The notes under the pieces were generated by a model. That model did not search any database, was not told the DNA's origin, and saw nothing but the letters and a program-made list of their open reading frames with translations. This document shows, piece after piece, positions 26,953 through 39,939 of a stretch of DNA of 64,000 nt. The stretch spans positions 45,942,001 through 46,006,000 of the forward strand of contig NC_073391.1 of NCBI RefSeq assembly GCF_028641065.1, written 5' to 3'. Both the position numbers and the translations under genes were made by a program. The number at the start of each line of letters is the position of its first letter. Position 1 is the first letter of the stretch. This DNA comes from Leucoraja erinacea. Its lineage: Eukaryota.

Positions 26953-28094
26953 CAGCGTAGGGGCATCGAGGACCAAAGGACATAGGTTCAAGGTGAAGGG
27001 GAAAAGGTTTATTAGGAATCCGAGAGCTAACTTTTTCTCACAGAGGGTGGTGGGTGTATGGGACAAGCTGCCAGAGGAGGTAGTTGAGGCAGGGACTATT
27101 CCACATTTAAGAAACAGTTGCACAGGTACATGGATAGGGCAGGTTTGGATGTTATGAACCAGGCGCAGGCAGGTGGGACTAGTCTTGCTGGCCAGTGTAA
27201 AGGGAGTTGGGCCGAAGGGCCTGTTTCCACACTGTATTAATCTATGACTCTATAATCTGTCTAGCACTAGAGGAACTGGACGCCATGGCATACAAACACC
27301 AGTTGGCGCTGTCAGACGCCTTAGCCCATCTTGTGCAAAGTCAGCCTGAAGAAATCACTCCCTGCCCACCACCCACAGCTAACAATGGCCCTTTTCCCCT
27401 AACCATTGATACGTTTTTTGCATACCATTCATTCATGTGGTGTTCTCTTGTTCCCCTGACTCTCAGTCTGAAGAAGAGTCTGACTCTCACTCACCTATTC
27501 CTTTTCTCCACATATGCTATCTGACTGAATTACTCCAGCCATTTGAGACTCCGTTGAGTACTTTTGTAACTTTGTCTGCTCCCTATACGTGGCAAGCTGG
27601 CCTATTGTACGCAAAACAAAGAATGTCACTATACCTAGTATCAATCAATCAATCAGGGACACACACCACCCTGGCCACACTCTCATTTCACTCCCGACAT
27701 CGAGAAGACATTGTACAGGAGCCTGAAAACTGCAATGTACTGGTTCAGGAGCGGCTTCTTCCCGACAACACAACACAACAACCTCCGAACAAATAACCTC
27801 CGAACTACATAGACTTGGGGACATTGGTTTTGTCCTTACACTATTATAGTTTGTTTTTATATTGATATACTAGACAAAGTTGGGTCCCTGTCACACGGGA
27901 GGCCTGATCCCTCGATGCAATATGCCACCACTCCAATAGCCCCCACGGGAGGCCTGGTCCACCAACGCAACCCGTTCCCCCAACGCAATATTCCACCACT
28001 CACCAATTACGCAAGCGCGGCTCATTTCCCCTTAAAAATTCCTTGCTGCCGGAAATATATTTAAAAAAACCGCACACTCAACATTAAAAAAAAA

Positions 28095-28257
28095 TCAGCG
28101 GGTGCAGCAGCATCTATGGAGCGAAGGAAATAGGCAACGTTTCGGCCCGAAACGTTGCCTATTTCCTTCGCTCCATAGATGCTGCTGCACCCGCTGAGTT
28201 TCTCCAGATTTTTTGTGTAACCTTCGATTCTCCAGCATCTGCAGTTCCTTCTTAAAC
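28095..28257. mobile_element. Penelope-derived terminal repeat fragment forming a fold-back
   Basis: 51-bp perfect inverted arms at 28095-28197. Confidence 0.7.
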
Positions 28258-29223
28258 ATTTTTTAAAAATCCTTGCTGCCAGGAATATAAAGTAAACGAT
28301 TGCAACATTGTAGATTGCAATTGCACTGGCTGGTGCTGGTGCTGGTGCGACTGAATGTCCTGGGATTACAACATTGTAGCTGGTAGAGTTACAATCCCAT
28401 TGCGAAACACAGCTGCCAAGTTTTGTCAGAGCATTTCAGTATTCTAGTACCTGAAAATCAGTATTTTTACACGGTGCCATTTTGCTGAATTAAAACAAAA
28501 TATGTGTGGTCATACCCATGTAAGAGTACAAGAATGCAGAACTTGTTTATTGTGTATTTGTAATACAGTTTATTGTGTATCATATGTCATAGCTGCTTTC
28601 TTGCATTTGGCCCGAAGTTTATCATTTCAAGTCATTTGGTAGCAATGTTTCCCCATGGCCTGGGGAAACGTTAAGAGGCTGGAATCTCTCTATCTCGTTC
28701 TCTCTCTCTCTCTCACTCTCTCGTTTTCTCTGTCTCTCTCTCTCTCGTTCTCCCCCTCGCACGCTCTCTCTCCTACTCCCTCTCATCTCTCTCACCTCGG
28801 CATTCCCTAGGCGATCGTTCACTGAACACCCTCGCTCTGGGCCTACCAGATCTCCCGGATACCAAACACTTTACCACGCCCCCCTTCCCATTCCCACACT
28901 GACCTGGGCATCCTCCGTGATCACAGTGAGGCTAAATTCAAATTGGAGGAACAACACCTCATCTTTCGCTTGGGCAGCTGACAACCCAGAGGTATGAACG
29001 TTGATTCTCCAATGTCAAGTAACCTTTGCATCCCCTCTCTCTCTCCGTCCCTCCCCCAGCCTGGTCATTGTACTAGTTTCACTGTCGTCCTCGTGAGTTC
29101 CATACTCTGCAACTCTTTTTCATCCAACTTTTTCACTAACCATTGCTACTTTTTTTGCATACCATTCATTCATGTGTTGTTCTCTTGTTCCCTTTTCCCC
29201 TGACTCTCAGTCTGAAGAAGAGA

Positions 29224-29605
29224 TAGAAACATAGAAAATAGGTGCAGGAGTAGGCCATTTGGTCCTTCGAGCCTGCACCGCCATTCGATATGATCACAGC
29301 TGATCATCCAACTCAGTATCCCACCCCTGCCTTCTCTCCATACCCCCTGATCCCTTTAGCCACAAGGCCCACATCTAACTCCCTCTTAAATATAGCCAAT
29401 GAACTGACCTCAACTACCTTCTGTGGCAGAGAATTCCACAGATTCACCGCTCTCTGTGTAAAAAATGATTTTCTCATCCCGGTCGTAAAAGACTTCCCTC
29501 TTATCCTTAAAACTGTGACCCCCTAGTTCTGGACATCCCCAACATCGGGAATAATCTTCCTGCATCTAGCCTGTCCAACCCCTTAAGAATCTTGTAAGTT
29601 TCTAA
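29224..29605 (-). mobile_element. CR1 3' fragment
   Basis: CR1 3' end and tail. Confidence 0.8.
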
Positions 29606-29994
29606 GATGCTGACTCCCACTCACCTATTCCTTTTCTCCACAGATGCTATCTGACTGAGTTACACCAGCCATTTGAGACTCTATTGAATACTTTTGTAAC
29701 TTTGTCGGCTCCCTATACATGGCAAGCTGCCCTATTGTACGCAAAACAAAGAATGTCACTATACCTAGTATCAATTAATCAGGGACACCCACCACCCGGG
29801 CCACACTCTCATTTCACTCCTGCCATCGGGAAGACATTGTACAGGAGCCTGAAAACTGTAACATCCTGGTTCAGGAGCGGCTTCTTCCCGACAACCATCA
29901 GGCTATTAATAATAACAATATATATTTTATTGACATTGCACATATGTGCAACGAGGGTTGGTATGCAGCTTCCATCCGATGTCATAACTTACAC

Positions 29995-30613
29995 TATAGG
30001 AGCAGGGAGGTTCTACTGCAGTTGTACAGGGTCTTGGTGAGACCACACCTGGAGTATTGCGTACAGTTTTGGTCTCCAAATCTGAGGAAGGACATCATTG
30101 CCATAGAGGGAGTGCAGAGACGGTTCACCAGACTGATTCCTGGGATGTCAGGACTGTCTTATGAAGAAAGACTGGATAGACTTGGTTTATACTCTCTAGA
30201 ATTTAGAAGATTGAGAGGGGATCTTATAGAAACTTACAAAATTCTTAAGGGGTTGGACAGGCTAGATGCAGGAAGATTGTTCCCGATGTTAGGGAAGTCC
30301 AGGACAAGGGGTCACAGCTTAAGGATAAGGGGGAAATCCTTTAAAACCGAGATGAGAAGAACTTTTTTCACACAGAGAGTGGTGAATCTCTGGAACTCTC
30401 TGCCACAGAGGGTAGTTGAGGCCACAGTTCATTGGCTATATTTAAGAGGGAGTTAGATGTGGACCTTGTGGCTAAGGGGGATCAGGGGGTATGGAGAGAA
30501 GGCAGGTACGGGATACTGAGTTGGATGATCAGCCATGATCATATTGAATGGCGGTGCAGGCTCGAAGGGCCGAATGGCCTACTCCTGCACCTAATTTCTA
30601 TGTTTCTGTTTCT
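29995..30613 (+). mobile_element. CR1 3' fragment
   Basis: ORF 29944-30456 is CR1 RT C-terminus. Confidence 0.85.
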
Positions 30614-30764
30614 AAACTTTAAAATTTAGATTTAGATACCCCGGGAAACATGATTTATAAAAAGAACAGTAAAACAGCCAAAACACAACAACCTCCAAAC
30701 TACATAGACTTGGGGGCATTGGTTTTGTCTTTACACTATTATTTTGTTTATATATTTATATAGG

Positions 30765-31090
30765 ACCGGCACCGTCCCCAGGTGACGGGCCACCGTGTCC
30801 CCGGGGGCCGCACCGATTCTCCCCGCAGCCGGGGGCCGCTCCTCAGGCCGGGCCTCGGTGTTGCCTGATCCCGCGCCCGGATCCCCGCTCCTACCCGCCG
30901 CCGATCCTCCGGAGTCTTTTGTCCCGGACCCGCGGCACCACTTCGGGCTCTCCGCGCCTGCGCAGTTGTTATCGTCTGCAACATAGGGCGGGTTCTAGGG
31001 CGCGGGGGCTTCTGGGTAAAGACGGCACCATGAAAGTGACCTGAAATCACCGGCTCAGCGTTCCCCAAAGGACAACAGCTACTTGGTCCT
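30765..31090 (-). promoter_or_regulatory. Promoter/exon-1 cassette for ZNF pseudogene 25393-25962
   Basis: Cassette homology, with a deletion removing the GCGCATGCG motif. Confidence 0.55.
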
Positions 31091-31209
31091 TGTCCGTAGA
31101 GGGTGTGCAGTCAATTTAATCACAGCGACCTCTCACAAACAATGTGATCGATTACTTGTGAAAACCATTGCACATACAAGTGCCGGAAATTCCAACCATA
31201 TAACTCATA

Positions 31210-31671
31210 GACTGATTCCTGGGATGTCAGGACTGTCTTATGAAGAAAGACTGGATAGACTTGGTTTATACTCTCTAGAATTTACAAGATTGAGAGGGGA
31301 TCTTATAGAAACTTACAAAATTCTTAAGGGGTTGGACAGGCTAGATGCAGGAAGATTGTTCCCGATGTTAGGGAAGTCCAGGACAAGGGGGTCACAGCTT
31401 AAGGATAAAGGGAGGATGAGAAGAACTTTTTTTCACGCAGAGCCTTCTCTGGAACTCTCTGCCACAGAGGGTAAGGCCACACAGTTCATTGGCTATATTT
31501 AAGAGGGAGTTAGATGTGGCAGGTGGCTAAGGGGATCAGGGGGTATGGAGAGAAGGCAGGTACGGGATACTGAGTTGGATGATCAGCCATGATCATATTG
31601 AATGGCGGTGCAGGCTCGAAGGGCCGAATGGCCTACTCCTGCACCTAATTTCTATGTTTCTATGTTTCTAT
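31210..31671 (+). mobile_element. CR1 3' fragment
   Basis: RT C-terminus and tail, with several small deletions. Confidence 0.75.
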
Positions 31672-31715
31672 GAACCAGAGGCAGTTTTCACCCTGCCTTC
31701 CCAAAGTAAACAGAC

Positions 31716-32855
31716 AATAGACAATAGGTGCAGGAGTCGGCCTTTCGGCCGTTCAAGCCAGCACCGCCATTCAATGTGATCATGGCTGATCATCCAAAAT
31801 CAGTAAACCGCTCCTGCCTTCTCCCCATATCCCTTGACTCCGCTATCTTCAAGAGCCCTATCCAGCTCCCTCTTGAAAATATCCAAAGAACCGGCCTCCA
31901 TCGCCCTCCGAGGCAGAGAATTCCACAGACTCCCAGCTCTGTGGGAAAAAGTGTTTCCTCATCTCCGTTCTAAATGGCTTACCCCTTATTCTTAAACTGT
32001 GGCCCCTGGTTCTGGACTCCCCCAACATCGGAAACACGTTTCCCGCCTCTAGGGTAGACAAAATTGCTAGAGATACTCAGCAGGTGCGGCAGCATCTATG
32101 GAGCGAAGGAAATTGCCTCTAGCGTGTCCAAACCCTTAATAATCATGTTTCAATAAGATCCCCTCTGATCTTTCTAAACTCCAGAGTATACAAGCCCAGC
32201 CGCTCCATTCTCTCAGCATATGACAGTCCCGCCGTCCCGAGAATTAACCTTGTAAACCTACACTGCACTCCCTCAATATCAAGAATGTCCTTCCTCAAAC
32301 TAGGAGAACAAAACTGCACACAATACTCCAGGTGTGGTCTTACTAGGGCCCTATACAACTGCAGGACCTCTTTGCTTCTATACTCAACTCCTCTTGTTAT
32401 GAAGGCCAACATGCCATTCGCTTTCTTCAATGCCTGCTGTACCTGCATGCTTACTTTCATTGACTGATGAACAAGGACCCCCAGATCCCGTTGTACTTGC
32501 CCTTTTCCCAACTTGACACCATTTAATTAATAATCTGCCTTCCCATTTTTGATACCAAAGTGGATAACCTCACATTTATCCACATTTAAATCTGCCCACT
32601 CGCCCAACCTGTCCAAGTCACCCTGCATTCTCATACCATCTTCCTCACAGTTCACACTGCCACCCAGCTTTGTGTAATCTGTAAATTTGCTAATGTTACT
32701 TTGGATGCGTTCATCTAAATAATTGATGTATATTGTAAATAGCTGCGGTCCCAGCACCGAGCCTTGCGGTACTCCACTAGTCACTGCCTGCCATTCTGAA
32801 AGGGACCCGTTAATCCCTACTCTTTGTTTCCGGTCTGCCAACCAATTTTCTAACA
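31716..32855 (-). mobile_element. CR1 LINE, 5'-truncated (ATTGTCT-tail family)
   Basis: ORFs 32527-32877, 32143-32511 and 31858-32061 are consecutive RT pieces. Confidence 0.85.
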
Positions 32856-33689
32856 GCCAACAGATAGATACAAACAAGATGAGAGTTTAAATAAAATGCC
32901 CGCAGGCAGATTTTTTTTCCTTTAATCATCCGGCCCGCTGAGCGCCGAGCTCTGGTTTGTACCGTATCCTGCGCTAAGCCGCCGACATGGCCGCGCACCT
33001 TCTGTGAACACGTTTACGAAAGAACTGCAGATGCTGGAAAAATCGAAGGTGGACAAAATTGCTGGAGAAACCGAGCCGGTGAGACATGCAAGGATTGCGT
33101 GAGGCTGCCTCGCTCTCTGCGTTTCTCCAGCATTTTTGTCTCCCTTCTGTGAACACGTGATTTGATGCCTGCCATCCGGGGCGGGATCCATGTGTACACG
33201 TAGAAAATAGAAAACATAGAAAATGGGTGCAGGAGGAGGCCATTCGGCCCTTCGAGCCAGCACCGCCATTCATTGTGATCATGGCTGACTGGCCCCAATC
33301 AAATAGAAACATAGGAAACATGATAGACGTGGCCCGCCATCAGCTCACAGACATGCATCCTGCCCCTCTACAGAACAAGCTTGCCGACCCTGTACTAGAC
33401 CATTCCCGGAAACAATGAATGGACTCGACTTTTGGGTCAGCATCGGCGCTCCCTTGAGCCAATCAATCCTTCCCACGTGGTGGGGGGGTACAAAAATCTC
33501 TCTCTCCTTACTCCCCTTGAAGCTGCTGATCCCTTAGCCTCTCCCTCCCTTTCTATTTTCCCTAACCTCAGTCACTTCCTCCCTCACCGCTCTTCGCACT
33601 CCCCCACTAAAGGCAATGTTTAAATAACATTTCTTCTCCTCCCATCTCCCACTCCGTCAACTCTCATCGCTTGTGTATTGGCAGCAGAG

Positions 33690-34712
33690 GTCACGTTGTG
33701 ATGTCATTAGCGGTTGTCGGAATCTTCACGGCAGCGTATGTAAATGAGATCCCATTGTGACATCATCACTGGAAGCTTCCAGAAGTCTCCCACTCACAGG
33801 CAGATATTATTCTCAAAGTTGGCTTTTTTTAAACTTTAGATATCAATAACGTGAAATAAAAAACATCAAATTTGAAAAAAACTTGATACTATCGACCACG
33901 GGAAAAAGCCGAGTAAGATTCCGCAAAAATGTTTTCCGCTATTGTGTACAGTTTTGGCGTAGTTCCTTGATCTCACAGACAGACAGTCAAACAAGATGAG
34001 ACTTTTACTAGTATATAGATACTAGACCAAGTGGGACCTGTTGGGTCCCTGTCACACGGGAGGTCTGGTCCCCCCCCATCATAACCCGTTCCCCCAACGT
34101 AATATTCGACCACTGACCCATAGCCCCCACGGGAGGCTTGGTCCACAAACGCAACCCGTTCCACATCGTAAGATTCCACCACTTGGCCGTCCCCCAATGG
34201 GTCCCTGTCACATGGGAGGTCAGGTTCCCCCAACACTATATTCCACCACTCACCCATTTCCCCCAATGCAATTTTCCACCACTCGCCCATAGCCCTATCA
34301 TCCTCCCTCTTTTTAAACGTTAAAAAATGTAAGCACCTGGTGCCAGGACTTAAATCAAATACAATTCCTCTTCCCCCCCCCCCCCCCCCCCCCCGCCGTT
34401 CAGCCTCACTCTGCCAGGACTAAGTGTTCTATGATTGGAACATGTTGCAAATGAGATTCCACTGTGACATCACAGCTGTAACCGCCAGCAGTGAAGTGAT
34501 TTTCTCTCAAAGTGGGGTTTTGTAAACCTTTAAATGTCAATAACTTGTGAAATATAACATTCATCTGAACGAAACTTGACACAAACAACCACAGGACAAC
34601 GGTGTGTAAGGCGGCGCAAAAGTTTAGCGCTATCCCCCACCGTTTTGGCGTGGTTCCACGATCTCCTGGGCATAGATACAATCAAGATGAGAGTTAGAGG
34701 TAGAGGTAGAGA
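33690..34712 (-). mobile_element. Two head-to-tail non-autonomous Helitron-like elements
   Basis: On the - strand a GGGACC..GGTCCC hairpin plus CTAG 3' end (34022-34025) is directly followed by TA and a new TCTATATACTAG... 5' end (34019) with a (TCTG)n microsatellite. Confidence 0.55.
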
Positions 34713-34714
34713 GA

Positions 34715-35035
34715 GGACCGGCACCGTCCCCACGTGACCCCGAGGACCGGACCGATTCTACCCGCAGCCGGGGGCCGCTCCTCAGGCGGTGCCGACTGAT
34801 CCCGTGCCCGGATCCCCGCTCCTACCTGCAGCCGATCCTCCGGAGTCTTTTGTCCACGGACCGCATCCTCATCTTGGCCGCACCACGTCCGGGCTCTCCG
34901 CGCCTGTGCACTTGTTATCGCCTGCAACATAGGGTGAGTTCTGGGGCGCGGGGGCTTCTGGGTAAAGAAGGCATCATGGAAGTAACATGAAATCACCGGT
35001 TCAGCGTTCCCCAATGGACAACATCCACTTGGTCC
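34715..35035 (-). promoter_or_regulatory. Orphan promoter/exon-1 cassette
   Basis: Cassette homology; no ZNF exon before the next cassette. Confidence 0.5.
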
Positions 35036-35679
35036 TTGTTTGTGGAGGGTGTGCAGTCAATTTAACCCCCGCGACCTCTCACAATCCACGTGATCGATTA
35101 CTTGTGAAACCCATCGCACATACAAGTGCCGGAAATTCCAACTATGTCACTCATGAACCAATGGCAGTTTTCACCCTCCCTCTCCCCAGAGTAAACAGAG
35201 CAGGAAGAAATACAAGAATAGAGGAGAAAGACTGGCAGTGATCAGATGGGCCGAATGGCCGCTCAATGTACATTGCATGCAGAGAGACACAGGGTTTACA
35301 ACAGCACTTATTTATTTGTCACTGATCCAAGACATTAAATTCCCGACCACTTATAGGAGTTAGTAACAACATCGGAACAAACCCCAACTGTGTCCAGCGA
35401 CCAAGGTTCAGTCCTGGGTGTGATGAACATCAGCAGTACCCGCACAGTCCAACACCAGCAGTCGCTTGTGGACTTGCAACTGGACTCAGCAACCGCGATG
35501 GTGAAACAGTGAACCGAAAACTTACTTCAAATGCCCGCGCCCCCACCCAACGTAAACGAGCTGGTGTCAACAGCTCAGATAATCAAGTGAATCCCTTCCC
35601 ACACACTAAACAGGTGAGTGGCCTCTCCCCCAGTGTGAATTCTCTGGTGGGTCACCAGATTAGATTTACCAGTGAATCT

Positions 35680-36795
35680 CTACCCACAGTTTGGAGAGGC
35701 AACTGGTTTCTCCACAGCGTGAACTCGCTGGTGGGTCACCAGGTGGGAATATTGTGTGAATCCCAACCCACACCCGGAGCAGATGAACGTCCTCTCCTCG
35801 GCGTGAATTTGCTGATGTGTCAACATGCTGGTCAAATGAGTAAACCCCATTCCACAATCAGAGCAGGTGTACGGACTCCCCCCAGTGTGAATTCTGCTGT
35901 GTCTCAGCAACGCAGATGAACGAGGGTATCCCTTCCCACACACAGTGCAGGTGAACGGCTTGTCCCCACTGTGAATTCTCTGGTGTGTCTGCAATGCGTC
36001 CGAGTCAATGAATCCTTTCCCGCAGTCGGGGCAGGTGAACGGCCTCTCCACCATGTGAACTCTGCGGTGTCTCAGTAACGCAGACGAGCGAGTGTATGCT
36101 TTCCCACACTCGGTGCAGGTGAATCGCTTCTCCCCGCTGTGAATTCTCTGGTGCGTCAGCAATGCGTCTGCGTCGACGAACCTCTTCCGGCACTCGGAGC
36201 AGATGAACGGCCGCTTGTGAATTCTCTGGTGCACCACTAACGCAAAGGAATGAACAAATCCCCTCCCACACTCAGAGCAGATGAACGGCCTCTCCCCGCT
36301 GTGAATTTTCTGGTGTCTCGCTAACGAACACGACTGAGTGAATCCCTTCCCGCACTCGGGGCAGACGAACGGCCGCTTGTGAATTCTCTGGTGCGCCACT
36401 AACGCAAAGGAATGAACAAATCCCTTCCCGCACTCAGAGCAGGTGAACGGCCTCTCCCCGGTGTGAATTTTCTGATGCCTCACTAGCGTATACGATTGGG
36501 TGAATCCCTTCCCACACATGGAGCAGGTGAACGGCCTCTTCCCGGTGTGAATCCTCTCGTGCGCCACTAACGCAAAGGATTGAACGAATCCCTTCCCGCA
36601 CTCAGAGCAGATGAATGGCCTCTCCCCGGTGTGAATTCTCCGGTGCCTCGTCAAGTGGCCTGCTTGAGTGAATCCCTTCCCACAATCGGGACAGACAAAT
36701 GGTTTCCCCAGAGCGTGATCTTGCTGGTGGGTCACCAGGTGGGGAGATTGAGTGGACCCCTGCTCACACTCAGAGCTGGTGGATAATGTCTCCAT
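35680..36795 (-). CDS. C2H2 zinc-finger protein, 12 fingers, 371 aa
   Basis: ATG at 36795; intact ORF; two shortened HKRPF linkers; promoter cassette at 39107-39410. Confidence 0.9.
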   Translation of the reverse strand: METLSTSSECEQGSTQSPHLVTHQQDHALGKPFVCPDCGKGFTQAGHLTRHRRIHTGERPFICSECGKGFVQSFALVAHERIHTGKRPFTCSMCGKGFTQSYTLVRHQKIHTGERPFTCSECGKGFVHSFALVAHQRIHKRPFVCPECGKGFTQSCSLARHQKIHSGERPFICSECGRGFVHSFALVVHQRIHKRPFICSECRKRFVDADALLTHQRIHSGEKRFTCTECGKAYTRSSALLRHRRVHMVERPFTCPDCGKGFIDSDALQTHQRIHSGDKPFTCTVCGKGYPRSSALLRHSRIHTGGSPYTCSDCGMGFTHLTSMLTHQQIHAEERTFICSGCGLGFTQYSHLVTHQRVHAVEKPVASPNCG

Positions 36796-37214
36796 GCTGT
36801 CAACTCCCCGGCGTCTCGTCAGCTCAGTGAATGCCTCGCAAGGTGCTGGCGAACCCAACGACACTGCGGATCTGATGGGTTGAGTTTGAGATTCCCCAAC
36901 ACAAATCTTCTGCTTGTTCTACCTTGAATAAAAGAGTTCACAATAAACATTAACAGATTAAGACGAGTGTGTCAGAAGAGGTGGTTTTAGTGTCAACGGT
37001 GAGCCTTGTCACAAAGCGGTGGGTTACGCACTTTACACCACGAACACCTTGCGGTGAAGTGCCGTCCCTTCCACTTCCTGAGGAAATTCACATCCATCAT
37101 CAAGGACACGGTCTACATCCAACCCAGGAAGACATCTGCCTAGCACTGGCCAACGGACACCAGTCAGCGTAGTAGATGAGTAGAGGGACATGTGGCACTA
37201 TATTAGGACATCCA

Positions 37215-37960
37215 AATTCTTTAGGGAACGGGGGTTCCCCTCACCCATCATAGATGATATGATGCTCCCACAGCTCCACCCTTGCTCCCTCTCCCCCCAG
37301 TCACAACAAGGGCCCTAGTCCTCCCTTCCTAGATCTCACCTTCCACCCCATCAGTCGTCGCATACAACACATAATCCACTGATGTTTTTCGCCACCTCCA
37401 GCGGGATCGAACACCACGAGTCACATCATCCCATCCCCACCCCCTTTCCGCAGAGAGCGTTCCCTCCTCAACCCCCGTGGTTAACTCATCCCCTCCAACC
37501 CCCTCCCCAGGTTCCCCTCTACCGCAGGAGATGCAACACCTGTCCCTATATCTCTTCCCTTGATTGTGTCCCGGGCCCGACAGGCGTTTCAGCTACGGCA
37601 GAGATTCACTTGCACCTCCACCAACCTCATCTACTGTATCCATTGTTCCAGGTGCGGAATCTTACACATCAGTGAGACGAAACGTAGACCAGGAGATCGT
37701 TGGCTGAACACCTTCGCTCCGTCCGTCTGGGCCTACCCAATCTCCCAGTTGCCAAACACTTTTACTCCCCCCTCACAATCCCACACTAATCTTTCTGTCC
37801 TGGGCCTCCTCCGTGATCAGAGAGAGGCCAAATGGAAATTGGAGGAACAGCACCTCATATTTCGCTAGGGCAGCTCACAACCCAGCGGTATGAACATTGA
37901 TTTCTCCAATGTCAAGTAACCTTTGCATCCCCTCTCTCTCCGTCCCTCCCCCAGCCTGGT
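37215..37960 (+). mobile_element. Degenerate Penelope-like element (GIY-YIG region)
   Basis: FQLRQRFTCTSTNLIYCIHCSRCGILHISETKRR...KLEEQHLIFR. Confidence 0.75.
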
Positions 37961-39106
37961 CAATGTACTAATTTCACTGTCGTCCTCGTGAGTTCCATAC
38001 TCGTCGTTTTCATCCAACCCACAGCTAACAATGGCTTTTTTCCTTAACCATTGATACTTTTGTTGCATACCATTCATTCATTTGTTGTTCTCTTGTTCCC
38101 CTTTCTCCTGACTCTCCTTAAAGAGAGTCTGACCCTCACTCACCTTGAAACATAGAAATTTGCAGGAGTAGGCCATTCGCAGCCTACAATTCAATCATTT
38201 GCTTTGTGCTGATCATCCAACTCTCTCCCGTACCTGCCTTCTCTTCCCCTTAGCTCCAAGGGCCACATCTAACTCCCTCTTAAATCCAATGAAGAACTAC
38301 CCTCTGTGGCAGAGAGTTCCAGAGATTCACCACTCTCTGCATGACCTATCATCCGGTTTCTTTCCCCCTTTATCCTTAAGCTGTGACTATCTGACTTCCC
38401 TAACATTGGGAACAATCTTCCTGCATCTAGCCTGTCCAACCCCTTAAGAATTTTGTAAGTTTTCTTCACAGATGCTATCTGACTGAGTTACTCCAGCCAT
38501 TTGAGACTACATTGAATACTTTTGTAACTTTGTCGGCTCCCTATACATGGCATGCTGGAGCATTGTACGCAAAACAAAGAATTTCTCAGTGCCTAGTATC
38601 AATCAATCAATCTGGGGCACACACCACCCTGGCCACACTCTCATTTCACTCCTGCCATCGAGAAGACGGTATAGGAGCCTGAAAACTGTAAAGTCCTGGT
38701 TCATGAGCAGCCTCTTCCCGACAACCATCAGGGTATTAAACACAACAACCTCCAAATGAACTCCGAACTGCATAGACTGGGGAACACCTCCGCTCAGAAC
38801 GTCGTAACCTACCTGATCTTCCGGTGGCTCAGCACTTCAAATGCCTCTCCCAATTTCAATCTAACCTTTCTCCCTCCATCCATCCCCCTCCCCTTCCCCT
38901 TCCCAGTTTATCCACTAGTCTTACTGTTACCGCCTACTTTCTATCTTTGTTCCGCCCGACATCACTCAAGAAGGGTCTCGACCCGAAACGTCACCCATCC
39001 CGCCTCTCCATAGATGCTGCCTCACCCGCTGAGTTACTCCAGCATTTTGTGTCCAGACTGTGTCTCGTACACTATTATTGCTTCTTTATATATTTATATA
39101 CGATCG

Positions 39107-39410
39107 TGTCCCCGGGGACCGCACCGATTCTCCCCGCAGCCGGGGGCCGCTCCTCAGGCCGGGCCTCGGTGCTGACTGATCCCGCGCCCGGATCCCCGCT
39201 CCTACCCGCCGCCGATCCTCGGGTGTTTTTTGCCCACGGACCGAATGCGCGACTGGGCCGCACCACTTCCGGGTCTCTCCGCGCCTGCGCGCTTGGTATC
39301 GCTTGCAACATAGGGCGAGTTCTGGGGCGCGGGCGTTTCTGGGTAAAGAGGGCGCCATGGACATGACCTGAAATCACCGGCTCAACGTTCCCCAATGGGC
39401 AGCAGACACT
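39107..39410 (-). promoter_or_regulatory. Promoter/exon-1 cassette for ZNF 35680-36795
   Basis: Cassette homology; ACTTCCGG, GCGCCTGCGC, TTCTGGGTAAA. Confidence 0.6.
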
Positions 39411-39939
39411 TGGTCCTCGTATGTGGAGGGTGTGCAGTCAATTTAACCACAGCGACCTCTCCCAAACGACGTGATCGGTTACTTGCAAAACCATCGCACT
39501 TACAAGTGCCGGAAATTCCAACTATTACACATGAACCAATGGCAGTTTTCACCCTCCCTCCGCAGAGTAAACGGAGGAGGAAGAAATACAAGAACATTCA
39601 TACTGAGTTGGATGATCAGCCATGATCATATTGAATGGCGGTGCAGGCTCAAAGGGCCGAATGGCCTACTCCTGCACCTATTTTCTATGTTTCTATTCCG
39701 GAGAAGTCATCAGAAGAGAAAGACTGTCAGTGAGTGACCAGATGGGCCGAGTGGCCTACATTGTATGCGTAGACAACAGAACTCATTTATTTGTAGACCG
39801 TGGGCCGAGGTGCTTTTTCTTTTCATTTCATGCCCCAAATCACGTATCTACCTGTATTTATGCATTTCGTTGTCTCTGTACTGTACACTGACAATGACAA
39901 TTAAAATTGAATCTGAATCTGAATCGGATTTATAACATA

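Noticed and set aside
38148-38462. CR1 copy riddled with small deletions (also 31390-31530)
   Set aside because: The pattern fits consensus or read error as well as biology; it cannot be interpreted without reads.
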